From contig CASFJW010000048.1 of NCBI GenBank assembly GCA_949295105.1, forward strand, positions 4,174 to 68,173: a DNA stretch of 64,000 bases, read 5' to 3'. The notes beneath the pieces were generated by a model, which had not been told where the DNA came from, did no database searches, and saw only the letters and a list, made by a program, of their open reading frames with translations. The DNA comes from an uncultured Lentisphaeria bacterium (GTDB lineage: Bacteria > Verrucomicrobiota > Lentisphaeria > Victivallales > Victivallaceae). Positions within the stretch are counted from its first letter, which is position 1, and each line of letters opens with the position of its first letter. Positions 37,386 through 48,100 of this stretch are shown in pieces. The translations under genes and the position numbers were made by a program.

Positions 37386-38603
37386 ATGGATTTCTCCCGC
37401 TACTTCCGCGAATATCCGACCGAGGATGGTTTCTTCGGACCCTACGGCGGCGCCGAACTTCCGCCTCAACTGGTCAAGGCTTTTGAAGAGATCAACACCG
37501 CCTACCAGGCGATCTGCCAGTCGGCCCACTTCATCAACGAGCTGCGGCGCATCCGTCGGGAATTTCAGGGACGGCCGACGCCGGTCTACCACTGCGACCG
37601 GCTGTCACGCCTGATCGGCAACTGCCAGATCTACCTCAAACGGGAAGATCTCAACCATTCCGGCGCCCACAAGCTCAACCACTGCATGGGCGAGGGGCTG
37701 CTGGCCAAGTACATGGGCAAGAAGCGCCTGATCGCCGAAACCGGCGCCGGACAGCACGGCGTGGCGCTGGCGACCGCGGCCGCCTACTTCGGTCTCGAAT
37801 GCGAAATCCACATGGGCGAAGTCGATATCGCCAAACAGGCGCCCAACGTCAGCCGGATGAAAATTCTCGGCGCCAAGGTGGTACCGGTCAGTTTCGGACT
37901 TAAAACCCTCAAGGAGGCGGTCGATTCCGCATTTGAGTCCTACGCCCGCAACTACCGGGATTCGATCTACTGCATAGGTTCGGTGCTCGGCCCCCACCCG
38001 TTCCCGCTGATGGTGCGTGACTTCCAGTTCTGCATCGGCGAGGAGTCGCGCGAACAATTCCTGGAGATGACCGGCCACCTCCCCGACGCGGTCTGCGCCT
38101 GCGTCGGCGGCGGCTCCAACGCCGCCGGCAGCTTCGCCGCCTACCTCAACGACCCGGTCGATCTCATCGGCGCCGAACCCCTCGGCACCGGCAGCGCCCT
38201 CGGGCAGCACGCCGCGTCGCTTACCTACGGCACCCCCGGCAGCATGCACGGCTTCTCCAGCTACATGCTCAAGGACGCCGAAGGCGGACCGGCCCCAGTC
38301 TACTCCATCGCCAGCGGCCTCGACTATCCCTCGGTCGGACCGGAACATGCGTTTTGGAAAGATCTCGGCCGGGTCAAATATGTGACCGTCAGCGACGAGG
38401 AGGCGGTGGACGCTTTCTTCAAACTCTCCCGCTACGAAGGGATCATTCCGGCGCTGGAGAGCGCTCACGCCGTCGCCTGTGCGATGCGGTGGGCGCGGGA
38501 ACATGCCCACGGGTCGATCCTGGCCACCTGCAGCGGCCGGGGAGACAAAGATGTCGACTACGTCATCGAACACTACGGTTACGGTGAAGATCATAAATTC
38601 TGA
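37386..38603 (+). CDS. trpB: Tryptophan synthase beta chain (TrpB1-like), no adjacent trpA
   Basis: [25 protein letters not shown] (PLP lysine), [54 protein letters not shown]. Confidence 0.9.
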   Translation: MDFSRYFREYPTEDGFFGPYGGAELPPQLVKAFEEINTAYQAICQSAHFINELRRIRREFQGRPTPVYHCDRLSRLIGNCQIYLKREDLNHSGAHKLNHCMGEGLLAKYMGKKRLIAETGAGQHGVALATAAAYFGLECEIHMGEVDIAKQAPNVSRMKILGAKVVPVSFGLKTLKEAVDSAFESYARNYRDSIYCIGSVLGPHPFPLMVRDFQFCIGEESREQFLEMTGHLPDAVCACVGGGSNAAGSFAAYLNDPVDLIGAEPLGTGSALGQHAASLTYGTPGSMHGFSSYMLKDAEGGPAPVYSIASGLDYPSVGPEHAFWKDLGRVKYVTVSDEEAVDAFFKLSRYEGIIPALESAHAVACAMRWAREHAHGSILATCSGRGDKDVDYVIEHYGYGEDHKF

Positions 38604-38638
38604 ACCGGAACACGTTCAAACTGCTTTGAGGTGAATAT

Positions 38639-39730
38639 ATGCCATTCAACCGGGGATCGTTTTCCTTCACCATCTTTGAAATCTCCAGCGAACTGCCGGA
38701 GAACATCATCGATCTTTTCGCCGCCCGCAAGGCCGAGGCCCTCGACGCCGTCACCGCCGACGAACAACTCGGCTGGGTGACCGGACGTCATCTGCTCGAC
38801 ACCGCAATCGACGGCGCCACCGCCCAGCTCGGCGGTTGTTACTATTTGACCCTCCGGCGCGCGGCGCGCAAGATTCCCGCCTCGCTGCTCAACGCCCTGT
38901 GCAAACGCGAGGAACAGATTTTCATGGCCGCCAATCAGCTGGAATATGTTTCCGCGAAAATGCGCCGCCAGATCCGGGAAGAGACGATAGAGAAATACAT
39001 TCAGAAAATGCCGCCCCAGCTTTCGGGGATTCCGATGGTACTCGATCCCGTCTCCAAACTGCTCTTCGTCGGCGCCTCCAGTCGTTCCCAGCTCGACCTC
39101 TTTATCGACAATTTCTACCAGACCTTGAAGATCGAACCGGTTCAGCTGACTCCGGAACTGCTGCTCGAACGCCTCCTCGGTACCACCGCCGCCGGCTTCC
39201 CCACGCTCGATCTCGGCGGCCCTTCCGCGTCGGAAATAACCCCCGGGCGGGACTTCCTGCTCTATCTGTGGTACTACAGTGAGACCGTCGGAAAACTCGC
39301 CGTCGAGGACGAGGGAGAGTTCGACGTGCTGATCGAAGGACCGCTGCTCTTTGCCGGTACCGGAGATGACAACGGTTCCGGGGAGGCGGTGATCAAGAAG
39401 GGCGACAACCCGCTGCACAGCGCCGAAGTCAAGGCGGCGATGTCGGTGGGCAAGAAACTTAAACGGGCGAAGCTGTCGATCACCCGCGATAATCAGATCT
39501 GGAGCGGAACCTTCGATGCCGATCTCTTCGCCTTCAACTCTTTCACGCTCCCCGAAGGCGAGGAGATGAATCCCGACGAGATTTTCGCCGACCGCATCCG
39601 TGATCTCTGCGTCTTCAAGGCGGCGATCAGCGCTTACTTCAAGCGCTTCGTCGAGGCGATGAGCGGCGACAATGCCGTCGCCACCGGCAAGGCGGTTCGC
39701 GAATGGATCCGCGACCGTGAAGCATTTTGA
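38639..39730 (+). CDS. rdgC: Recombination-associated protein RdgC-like
   Basis: 363 aa. The N-terminus (MPFNRGSFSFTIFEIS) and the overall pattern (GWV..., basic central region, acidic C-terminus) resemble RdgC as I remember it. The assignment is tentative. Confidence 0.45.
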   Translation: MPFNRGSFSFTIFEISSELPENIIDLFAARKAEALDAVTADEQLGWVTGRHLLDTAIDGATAQLGGCYYLTLRRAARKIPASLLNALCKREEQIFMAANQLEYVSAKMRRQIREETIEKYIQKMPPQLSGIPMVLDPVSKLLFVGASSRSQLDLFIDNFYQTLKIEPVQLTPELLLERLLGTTAAGFPTLDLGGPSASEITPGRDFLLYLWYYSETVGKLAVEDEGEFDVLIEGPLLFAGTGDDNGSGEAVIKKGDNPLHSAEVKAAMSVGKKLKRAKLSITRDNQIWSGTFDADLFAFNSFTLPEGEEMNPDEIFADRIRDLCVFKAAISAYFKRFVEAMSGDNAVATGKAVREWIRDREAF

Positions 39731-39887
39731 TTGACAACCGCCGGGAACCGGTTTCACATACCGGTTCCAGCCTCTTGGGGCCGGACTCGGGGGTCGGCGC
39801 CCGGCCGCAGCGAATGATCTCTCCGCCCGTCCGAACACCCCGGACGCCGGCCCCGGGCGAAGAAACTGATGGAATACTTTTCTGAAG

Positions 39888-40502
39888 ATGAGCGGTCACC
39901 CGGAAGATGCGCAGATACAGATTCTCACCGGCGAATACACTCTTTTTTCACCCCGGGGAGCCGTAGTCGAACTTGATCTCGGCTGCGGTTCCGGCAGTTA
40001 CACCGCCGCACTGGCAGCCCGTTTTCCGGAACGGCGGATCATCGCCGCCGACGTGATGCTCGGGCGCCTGCGGCGAGTGGTGCGACGGATCAATACCGCC
40101 GGACTCGCCAATGTTGACATACTCCGGGTCGAGGCGGGAATGCTGGTATCCCGAATGCTCCCGGACCGGTCGCTCAACCGGATCCATCTGCTCTGCCCGG
40201 ATCCCTGGCCCAAGGAACGGCACCGCGGCCACCGGCTGATGACCAGTGACTTCACCGCCCAGCTTCACCGGGTGCTCCGGGAGGAGGGAATCTTCCACTT
40301 CTCCAGTGATGACGAACCATGCCGCGAGATGGTTCGCGAGGTCCTCGAAGAGTCCCGGTTGTTCGCCCCCGCCCCGGAAGCGCTTGCGGATCTCGACGGA
40401 CTTTGCAGTGACTTCGAACGCCGCTGGCAGAAAGCAGGACGCCGGGTGCTTCACTTTGCCTGGCGCCGACTGCCACCGCCGCCCAAGGGAGTCGGACATT
40501 GA
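39888..40502 (+). CDS. trmB: tRNA (guanine46-N7)-methyltransferase
   Basis: SAM motif ELDLGCGSG and the signature LLCPDPWPKERHRGHRL. Confidence 0.85.
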   Translation: MSGHPEDAQIQILTGEYTLFSPRGAVVELDLGCGSGSYTAALAARFPERRIIAADVMLGRLRRVVRRINTAGLANVDILRVEAGMLVSRMLPDRSLNRIHLLCPDPWPKERHRGHRLMTSDFTAQLHRVLREEGIFHFSSDDEPCREMVREVLEESRLFAPAPEALADLDGLCSDFERRWQKAGRRVLHFAWRRLPPPPKGVGH

Positions 40503-41860
40503 TGCGTCCCGCCGCAAATACTGACAAGAGTTCCCGGCTTCTGCTGGCCCGGCTGCGTCAGATCAGCGATGCCGCCGGAAATATTCTCTCGGCAATTTTT
40601 CTGACGCCGTTTCCGGCGGACCGGTTGCTGGCCGACTATTTCCGCGCGCACCGTTCCTGTGGTTCCCGGGATCGAACGCAAATCTCCCGCTCCATTTACG
40701 CGCTGTTGCGTTACTGGGGATGGTGCCGCCAATTGCTGCCGGAAGCGAAACTCGTCAGGATTGAAAAGGGAGAGCGTGCACTGAGCCTCGAGGCATTGAC
40801 CGGCCTGGTCGGCGGCGCCCTCTGGATCGAAGGCGCCGACGCCAGTTTCGCCGCAGAAATTTTCCGAACTCTTGAACTGGAGGTTCCGGCGGCCGCCACA
40901 ACTCCGGCGGCACGGGCGGCGGCCGCGGCCGCGGTCTTCGGGGTTGACCGGAGTTTTTCCGCTGCCGAACTTGCGCCCAGTTGGCTGGAACCGCTGCTGC
41001 CGCCGGATTTCCACCGCGAAGATTTCTTCACCGCGCTGACCCGGCGGCCGCCGCTGTGGCTGCGGATCCAGAAGCCGGACGGCGAACCACGCCTCGCCGC
41101 CGAACTCAACAAGCTCGGAGTGAACTTCTTCCGCCATCCCGACATCGCCGACGCGATCGCAATACCGGAGGCAAAACTAAATCTCCACTCGCTCCGGAGC
41201 TTTCTTGACGGTGATTTCGAAGTCCAGGATCTCGGCAGCCAGTGCATCGGCCTGATCGCCGCTCCCGCCCCCGGCGAACGCTGGCTCGACGCCTGCGCCG
41301 GCGCCGGCGGCAAATCTCTGCAGCTGGCAACCCTGATGCAGCGCCGGGGGGTGCTGACCGCCGGAGATATCCGCGCCAGCGTGCTTGAGGAACTGAGGAA
41401 ACGGGCCCGTCGGGCGGGATTTCCAAATATTCAGCTCCGGCCCCATCCCGGCCGTTTCTGGCGCGGCGGGCACGCCTATGACGGCGTACTCATCGATGCG
41501 CCCTGCAGCGGTTCCGGTGTCTGGAGGCGCAATCCCGGCAGCCAGTGGAGTTTCAATCCGGAAACCATCCCCGATTTCGCCCGCCGGCAGCGGGAAATCC
41601 TCGAAGCCTTCGCCGCCGCCGTCAAACCGGGTGGCGTGCTGATTTACGCCACCTGTTCGATTTTTACCGCTGAAAATGAAGAGGTCGTACAGTCGTTCCT
41701 CGATTCCCATCCCGATTTTGTCCCCGAGGGCTTCAACCATCCGCTCACCGGAGCCAGAGCAATGGGCATGACCCGCATCGACTGCCGGGACGGCGACTGC
41801 GACTGCTTCTTCGCAGCACGACTGCGGCGCCGCCATCCGGTTGCCCAACCGGGGAGATGA
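40499..41860 (+). CDS. RsmB/NOL1/NOP2/Sun-family rRNA cytosine-C5 methyltransferase
   Basis: DACAGAGGKS, LIDAPCSGSGVWRRNP, VLIYATCSIFTAENE. Confidence 0.8.
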   Translation: MMRPAANTDKSSRLLLARLRQISDAAGNILSAIFLTPFPADRLLADYFRAHRSCGSRDRTQISRSIYALLRYWGWCRQLLPEAKLVRIEKGERALSLEALTGLVGGALWIEGADASFAAEIFRTLELEVPAAATTPAARAAAAAAVFGVDRSFSAAELAPSWLEPLLPPDFHREDFFTALTRRPPLWLRIQKPDGEPRLAAELNKLGVNFFRHPDIADAIAIPEAKLNLHSLRSFLDGDFEVQDLGSQCIGLIAAPAPGERWLDACAGAGGKSLQLATLMQRRGVLTAGDIRASVLEELRKRARRAGFPNIQLRPHPGRFWRGGHAYDGVLIDAPCSGSGVWRRNPGSQWSFNPETIPDFARRQREILEAFAAAVKPGGVLIYATCSIFTAENEEVVQSFLDSHPDFVPEGFNHPLTGARAMGMTRIDCRDGDCDCFFAARLRRRHPVAQPGR

Positions 41861-41867
41861 TGGAAAG

Positions 41868-42350
41868 ATGGTTGTTTTCAACATCGTTCTCGTTGCCCCG
41901 GAGATCCCTCAGAACACCGGCACCATCGGCCGGCTCGCCGTCGCAACCGACGCCCGGCTCCATCTGATCGAACCGCTCGGCTTTTCACTCGACGAGAAAC
42001 ACCTGCGACGCGCCGGAATGGATTACTGGCGCCATCTGGATCTCACCGTCTACCCAAACTGGGAGGATTTTCTCTCCCGCCATCCCGATGCCCGACTTCA
42101 CTTCTTCTCCACCCACGGCGAGCGCAGTTACTACGATGTTTCCTACCAGGCGGATGATTATCTGGTTTTCGGCCGGGAATCCTCCGGCCTCCCGGCGGAA
42201 TTTTACGTCCGTTACCGCAAACAGCTCAATTTGATTCCGATGCCGGGGCGCTTCAACCGGAGTTTAAATCTTGCCAATTCGGTCTCAATCGTTCTGTACG
42301 AGGCTCTCCGGCAAACCCGGGCGGAATGGGAAAACCCCGCCGATACTTGA
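41868..42350 (+). CDS. trmL: tRNA (cytidine/uridine34-2'-O)-methyltransferase (SpoU/TrmL)
   Basis: NIVLVAPEIPQNTGTIGRLAVATDARLHLIEPLGF, GRESSGLP, SLNLANSVSIVLYEAL. The ATG at 41868 is preferred to the TTG at 41841. Confidence 0.85.
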   Translation: MVVFNIVLVAPEIPQNTGTIGRLAVATDARLHLIEPLGFSLDEKHLRRAGMDYWRHLDLTVYPNWEDFLSRHPDARLHFFSTHGERSYYDVSYQADDYLVFGRESSGLPAEFYVRYRKQLNLIPMPGRFNRSLNLANSVSIVLYEALRQTRAEWENPADT

Positions 42351-42475
42351 AAAAACGGCGGTTTCAGGATATATTTAATATGATGTAAACTCTTTTAACG
42401 AAGTGAAATTACTTCATTTCCTGATTTACAAAATTCACCTCTGCCGCGCGGAGAGACCCGAAGCAGGAACGGCTG

Positions 42476-43720
42476 ATGGCTAAATTTGACTACGATTACG
42501 ATTATGACGATGAACCGAAGTGGCCGAAGCGATTTCGGATCATCCTTATTTTTGTGGTGATCGCCGCAATTACCGCCGGGGTGATCTACCTGCTGGTGCC
42601 GCCGGGGAGCGACGAGTCGGATCCGGGAAACGCCCCCGGAACTCCGCCGACCCTCACCGACAACTCGAGCGGGATGGACGCCAACGGAAATGGTGCCGGC
42701 GTTACGGAAACTCCGGACACCGGTTCCGACGATTCCCCACTGCCGGTCGCGGATAATCCGGAAGACGCCAAAGAGCTCCCGGATGCGGGCAGCGACACCA
42801 AAACCTCCGGCCAGGAAACGGAAACCGGAGAAGAACTTCCTGACGACACCAAACCCGATTCCTCCGCCGAACCGCCGCCAACCGTCGAGCCGGAAAAAGG
42901 GGTACCGTGGATCGGAGATCCGCCGCCGGAGGAGGATCAGCCGGAGGTTATTCCCGCGCCGCCGCTGAGCGCCGGGGATGCCGAACGACTCCGGGAAGCG
43001 GAGCGCAAACTTGCCGACCGGGACTATCCCGGAGCAGCGAAACTCGCCGCCGAAGCCCTGGCAACCCTGCCGCCGGGCAGTGAGTATGGACGGGAATTCG
43101 GCGACATACTGAGTTCGGCCAACTGGGAGGCCTGCGTGAACCGCACCCAGCTTCCCGGCGTCACCGAAACCCATCTGGTACGCGCCGGCGACAGCCTGAG
43201 CCGGCTCGCCGTCAAATACCACACCACCGTTGAAGCGTTGCGGATTCTCAATCAGCTCAAGGGTGATACCATCATGGTCGGGCAGAAACTTTTCGTCGTC
43301 CCCGGCCCGTGGCGTATCGAAGTCAGGAAAGGCGAACGCCGCCTCTATCTCTACCGGGAACCGGCTGAAGGAGAGTCCCGGCTGTTTCTGGTGTTCGACG
43401 TCGGTATCGGCCGGATGGGAAAAACCCCCACCGCATCGTTTGTTATATCGGCCCGTCTGCGCCATCCGGACTGGTATGCGCCGGACGGAGGCATTTACAA
43501 ATATGGAGAGAAAGAGAACATTCTCGGCGATTATTTCCTCAAGTTGGCCGCCTCCGGCAACCCCGGTCGCCCGTTGCGGGGTTTCGGCATTCACGGTTCG
43601 CCCGAAGGGGTGGATGTGACGCGCTCGCTCAGCAACGGCTGCATCAGAATGCGCAACGCCGACGTCGAGAAGATATATCTGCTCTCACCGAACCGCACCC
43701 CGGTCGGCTTTGTCGACTGA
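42476..43720 (+). CDS. Membrane-anchored LysM-domain L,D-transpeptidase (YkuD family)
   Basis: TM anchor, a P/D/E-rich linker, LysM (HLVRAGDSLSRLAVKYHTTVEALRILNQL) and the catalytic motif GIHGSPEG...SNGCIRM. The antisense ORF 42395..43594 was rejected. Confidence 0.85.
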   Translation: MAKFDYDYDYDDEPKWPKRFRIILIFVVIAAITAGVIYLLVPPGSDESDPGNAPGTPPTLTDNSSGMDANGNGAGVTETPDTGSDDSPLPVADNPEDAKELPDAGSDTKTSGQETETGEELPDDTKPDSSAEPPPTVEPEKGVPWIGDPPPEEDQPEVIPAPPLSAGDAERLREAERKLADRDYPGAAKLAAEALATLPPGSEYGREFGDILSSANWEACVNRTQLPGVTETHLVRAGDSLSRLAVKYHTTVEALRILNQLKGDTIMVGQKLFVVPGPWRIEVRKGERRLYLYREPAEGESRLFLVFDVGIGRMGKTPTASFVISARLRHPDWYAPDGGIYKYGEKENILGDYFLKLAASGNPGRPLRGFGIHGSPEGVDVTRSLSNGCIRMRNADVEKIYLLSPNRTPVGFVD

Positions 43721-43755
43721 TCCCGACCGGAACCTCTTTTCAGGAGAAAACAATT

Positions 43756-44790
43756 ATGCCGGAAGTCTCATTCGAGTTTGAAAAACCGATTCTTGAGTTG
43801 CAGCGGAAAATCGAGGATCTGAAAAAAATTTCCCTCGACGACATCGACATCTCTGCGGAAATCTCCGCCCTTACCGACCGTCTCGACACCATGCGCCGTG
43901 AGATCTACGATAACCTTTCTCCGTGGCAGCGCATTCAGATCGCGCGCCATCCGAACCGTCCCTATACGCTCGACTACATCGAACGACTTTTCAACAACTT
44001 CATCGAACTTTCCGGAGATCGTCGCTTTCACGACGACAAAGCCATCGTCGGCGGATTCGCCTTCTTTCACGGAAAGCCGGTGATGGTTATCGGCACCCAG
44101 AAGGGACGCGACATGAAAAGCAACGTGATGCGCAACTTCGGCTGGCCGTCGCCCGAGGGATACCGCAAGGCCATGCGGCTCATGCAGCTGGCCGACAAAG
44201 CCGGAGTGCCGATCATCACGCTGATCGACACCCCGGGAGCCTTTCCCGGCATCTCCAGCGAAGAGCGCCATATTGCCGAGGCAATCGCGGTCAACCTGCG
44301 GGACATGTTCAAACTCCGGGTGCCGGTCATTTCGGTAATCATCGGTGAAGGCGGTTCCGGCGGAGCGATCGGCATCGGCGTCGGCAACAAGGTGCTGATC
44401 ATGGAAAACGCCTATTATTCGGTAATCACGCCGGAAGGCTGTGCCGCCATTCTCTGGAAAGACCGCAAGTTCGCACCCCAGGCGGCGGAGGCGCTGAAGC
44501 TCACCGCCGAGAAACTTCTCGAACTCGGCGTCGCCGATGAAATCGTCCCGGAACCGCCGGGCGGCGCTCATTCCGATTTCGATCAGGCGGCGGCCAGACT
44601 CGGCGAAGCGCTGGCCCGCAATCTTGCCGCGCTGCGGCGCTCCTCGCCTTCGGCGCTCGTGGAACAACGTTACCGGAAGTTCCGGAACATGGGCAAGGTC
44701 ATCGAACTCGAGCCGGAACCGGCGGCGACGGATACCAATCCCGCTCCCGGAACTGCCGAGAATGAAAAAGCGGGGAGCGGCAAGGCGTGA
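43756..44790 (+). CDS. accA: Acetyl-CoA carboxylase carboxyltransferase alpha subunit
   Basis: RHPNRPYTLDYI, GDRRFHDDKAIVGG, PIITLIDTPGAFPG, GEGGSGGA. Confidence 0.95.
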   Translation: MPEVSFEFEKPILELQRKIEDLKKISLDDIDISAEISALTDRLDTMRREIYDNLSPWQRIQIARHPNRPYTLDYIERLFNNFIELSGDRRFHDDKAIVGGFAFFHGKPVMVIGTQKGRDMKSNVMRNFGWPSPEGYRKAMRLMQLADKAGVPIITLIDTPGAFPGISSEERHIAEAIAVNLRDMFKLRVPVISVIIGEGGSGGAIGIGVGNKVLIMENAYYSVITPEGCAAILWKDRKFAPQAAEALKLTAEKLLELGVADEIVPEPPGGAHSDFDQAAARLGEALARNLAALRRSSPSALVEQRYRKFRNMGKVIELEPEPAATDTNPAPGTAENEKAGSGKA

Positions 44791-45260
44791 AAAACCTGCT
44801 CGTCATCCGCAATGCGGAGGAGAGAGACGTTCCGGAAATCTTCCGGCTGCTGGAAATATATGCGAAACAGGGAATCGTGCTCCGCCGCAGCGAGGATGAT
44901 ATCCGGTTTTATCTCGGTAACTTTCTGGTCGCCGAACGTGGCGGTCTCATCCGCGGCTGCGCGGCGGTGCGCGACTTCGGCGGCAACCTCTACGAGGTGC
45001 GGTCGGTCGTCGTCGCACCGGAGGATCAGGGCAAGGGGGTAGGCCGGGCGATGATCGAAGCGATTATCGCCGGAATGCGGCTGCGTTCCGGCCGCTGGCG
45101 TCTATTCACTCTGACCGGCCAGCCGGAGTTTTTCATGCGGCTCGGTTTCCACATTGTCGATCGGCGGCAATTCCCGGAGAAGATCTGGAGCGACTGCGCC
45201 AACTGCCCGAAAAACGAATGCTGCGACGAAGTCGCGCTGATGATTGAACCGGAAGGATGA
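44787..45260 (+). CDS. GNAT-family N-acetyltransferase
   Basis: 157 aa with a GTGA overlap with accA and the acetyl-CoA motif VVVAPEDQGKGVGRAMI. Confidence 0.75.
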   Translation: MKNLLVIRNAEERDVPEIFRLLEIYAKQGIVLRRSEDDIRFYLGNFLVAERGGLIRGCAAVRDFGGNLYEVRSVVVAPEDQGKGVGRAMIEAIIAGMRLRSGRWRLFTLTGQPEFFMRLGFHIVDRRQFPEKIWSDCANCPKNECCDEVALMIEPEG

Positions 45261-45401
45261 CCTCTTCCCCAGTAACCGGCCCGAACAACCGGAAATCAGG
45301 AAAACTGCGGCAGCCCCCGCCCCGGAATGGACACCGATCGGGGAACACGGAAACCAGGGGACTTTGGCACCCGGCAATACGTTGACGTTTCCGGCCGATG
45401 T

Positions 45402-46490
45402 TCAATCCTCCGGAACCGGCTCTCCGGGAGTGAAGTCATTGCAGGCCTGAACATAGGCGATAATGTTTTCCAGCGGGACTTCAGGTTCGACCAGATGGGT
45501 GGGGGCGGCCAGCAATCCCCCCTGCGCCCCGGCGATCCGCAGATTGCCGATGGTCTCCCGGTAGACCTCCTCCGGAGTTCCGTGCGGAAACAACGTCTGA
45601 GTACCGAGCGTACCCCAGAAGGAAAGCCGCGAACCATACTTCCGGTGGATATCGGCAAAGTTCATGCATTCCGGCTGAACCGGATTCAGAATATCCACCC
45701 CGACCTCAATCAGATCTTCGATAAAGGGTTCGATGTAGCCGCAGGAGTGGTAGCAGATCAACACCTCCGGTTTCTTCGCCCGGGCCGCCGCAATCACCCG
45801 CGCCAACCGCGGCTTCAGCCATCGCCGGTACAACTCTTCCGACATCATGATCGTGTGCTGCATGCCGATATCATCGCCGAGAAACACCAGATCCGCCCCC
45901 GCCTCGGCGTAAGCGGCGGCGCGGCGGCTGGAAATCTCCGTGACCCGGTCGAGATGGTAAACCGCACATTCGCTCTCCTCCATCATATCGACCATCAACG
46001 CCTCCATACCGCGCATATACCAGGCGGTCTCCCAGACCGTGCACTGCATATTGCCGCAGACGAAAATATCCTTCTCGTGCAGTTCCCGGATTTCCCGGGC
46101 GGCCGCCTCCTGCTGGGAAGCAGCAAACTCCGGATAGGGGTACTTCCGGAACTGCTCCAGTTCAGTGAAGTCCCGCATCGGGAAGTACATCCGGCTCATA
46201 TGCATCGATTCCGGAGTGGATTCCCGGGCGACGCCCCAGAGGTCGAAATTGGTTGACGGCAGAAACTTCACGTCCGAGAAAAACTTCCGCTGCCAGTCGG
46301 TGAAGTCCTGACGGAGAAACGAATATCCGGAGTTCCGGATCGGCAGACCGAATACTCCGGCATAGTCCCGGCTTCCGAAACGCCGTTCCACCTTGTCGAT
46401 CATCGCCGGACAAAGCGAGAACTCCGGAACCGCGTGCCGGATTCCCTGCCGCCGAAAAATATTCAGGAGATTGCTTCTGCCGCCATCCAT
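45402..46490 (-). CDS. Uroporphyrinogen-decarboxylase (URO-D) family protein (HemE/MtaA-like)
   Basis: 362-aa TIM-barrel pattern with LICYHSCGYIEPFIEDLIEVGVDILNPVQPECM. The antisense ORF 45327..46256 was rejected. Confidence 0.7.
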   Translation of the reverse strand: MDGGRSNLLNIFRRQGIRHAVPEFSLCPAMIDKVERRFGSRDYAGVFGLPIRNSGYSFLRQDFTDWQRKFFSDVKFLPSTNFDLWGVARESTPESMHMSRMYFPMRDFTELEQFRKYPYPEFAASQQEAAAREIRELHEKDIFVCGNMQCTVWETAWYMRGMEALMVDMMEESECAVYHLDRVTEISSRRAAAYAEAGADLVFLGDDIGMQHTIMMSEELYRRWLKPRLARVIAAARAKKPEVLICYHSCGYIEPFIEDLIEVGVDILNPVQPECMNFADIHRKYGSRLSFWGTLGTQTLFPHGTPEEVYRETIGNLRIAGAQGGLLAAPTHLVEPEVPLENIIAYVQACNDFTPGEPVPED

Positions 46491-46783
46491 ATTCGCCCTG
46501 CCTTTCCTCGTTCAACCGACCAGGTGCCTCCCGATCCGCCGAAATGCTCTGCTCTCTTTTATGAAGATGATCAACGCCCGACTGGATACAACGACCTCCC
46601 GTCGACAACATCTTACAATAGCATTTCCCGGTCGATTTTCAATCCCCCTCAGGAGGCACCGGCGAAATCAGGCAGAGCCTCCGGAGGCCGTCGTTTTTTT
46701 TCCGGACATCCCCCCAAAAAAACGATGGAGCAGCAACTTATCTATCACTTGTTCGTAAATTACCTAAATCGGCCCCCCTCCCC

Positions 46784-46814
46784 AAAAAAAACGACGGAGC
46801 CGCAGCTCCGCCGT
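46784..46814 (-). terminator. Rho-independent terminator after pseudopilin paralogue 1 (minus strand)
   Basis: On the minus strand: ACGGCGGAGC-TGCG-GCTCCGTCGT (one mismatch) followed by T8. Confidence 0.6.
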
Positions 46815-46845
46815 ATCCGCGACCACGTCGCGCCTGAACCGAAAA

Positions 46846-47610
<765 letters not shown>

Positions 47611-47722
47611 CGAAGCTCAAGAGGCTTTCTGTTTTTCAATTGCTCGCATTTTTCCCTCCATTCGAATTTAACCAGGTGCCATTGACGATGACCAAAAACG
47701 TATCATAATTTGCATATATAAT

Positions 47723-47796
47723 ATTTTAGGCGGGGTGGTGAAAAAAAGCAACATCTACTGGTGTCAATTTTCGTAACCAATTGCTGTCAATTTTTC
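47723..47796 (-). promoter_or_regulatory. Promoter with upstream direct repeats: 2x GAAAA(A)TTGACA (23-bp period), N10, TTGCTT, N17, TAAAAT (minus strand)
   Basis: Plus-strand coordinates: TGTCAATTTTC at 47762-47772, TGTCAATTTTTC at 47785-47796, AAGCAA at 47746-47751 and ATTTTA at 47723-47728. The geometry is identical to that at 48968-49040. Confidence 0.5.
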
Positions 47797-48015
47797 AAAA
47801 ACCCTTGATTTATCAAGTTTTTCCGTATCCTTCCGGCGCGCCGGAAGAATATAAGTTCTCTCCGGCAACCGCGATGGTGATGCATGAAAAACAACAATTT
47901 TTGCTCGACTCAACCGGAGAGATTCCGCTGCCCGCGGCTCAGCCGGCACCGCTGCCGCAAAAGAGCTCCTTTCCGGCGCATGTTGCCCGAAAAGGCCGGT
48001 TATGCTTCAAGCGGC

Positions 48016-48041
48016 AAAAAAAAAAAAGCGCCTTCCGGCGC
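48016..48041 (-). terminator. Rho-independent terminator after pseudopilin paralogue 2 (minus strand)
   Basis: On the minus strand: GCGCC-GGAA-GGCGC followed by T12. Confidence 0.65.
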
Positions 48042-48100
48042 CGCGCTCCGGAGGAGGAGGATTCCCCGGGGCAGTTCGTTCTATTTCTGTTTCCGGCGAT

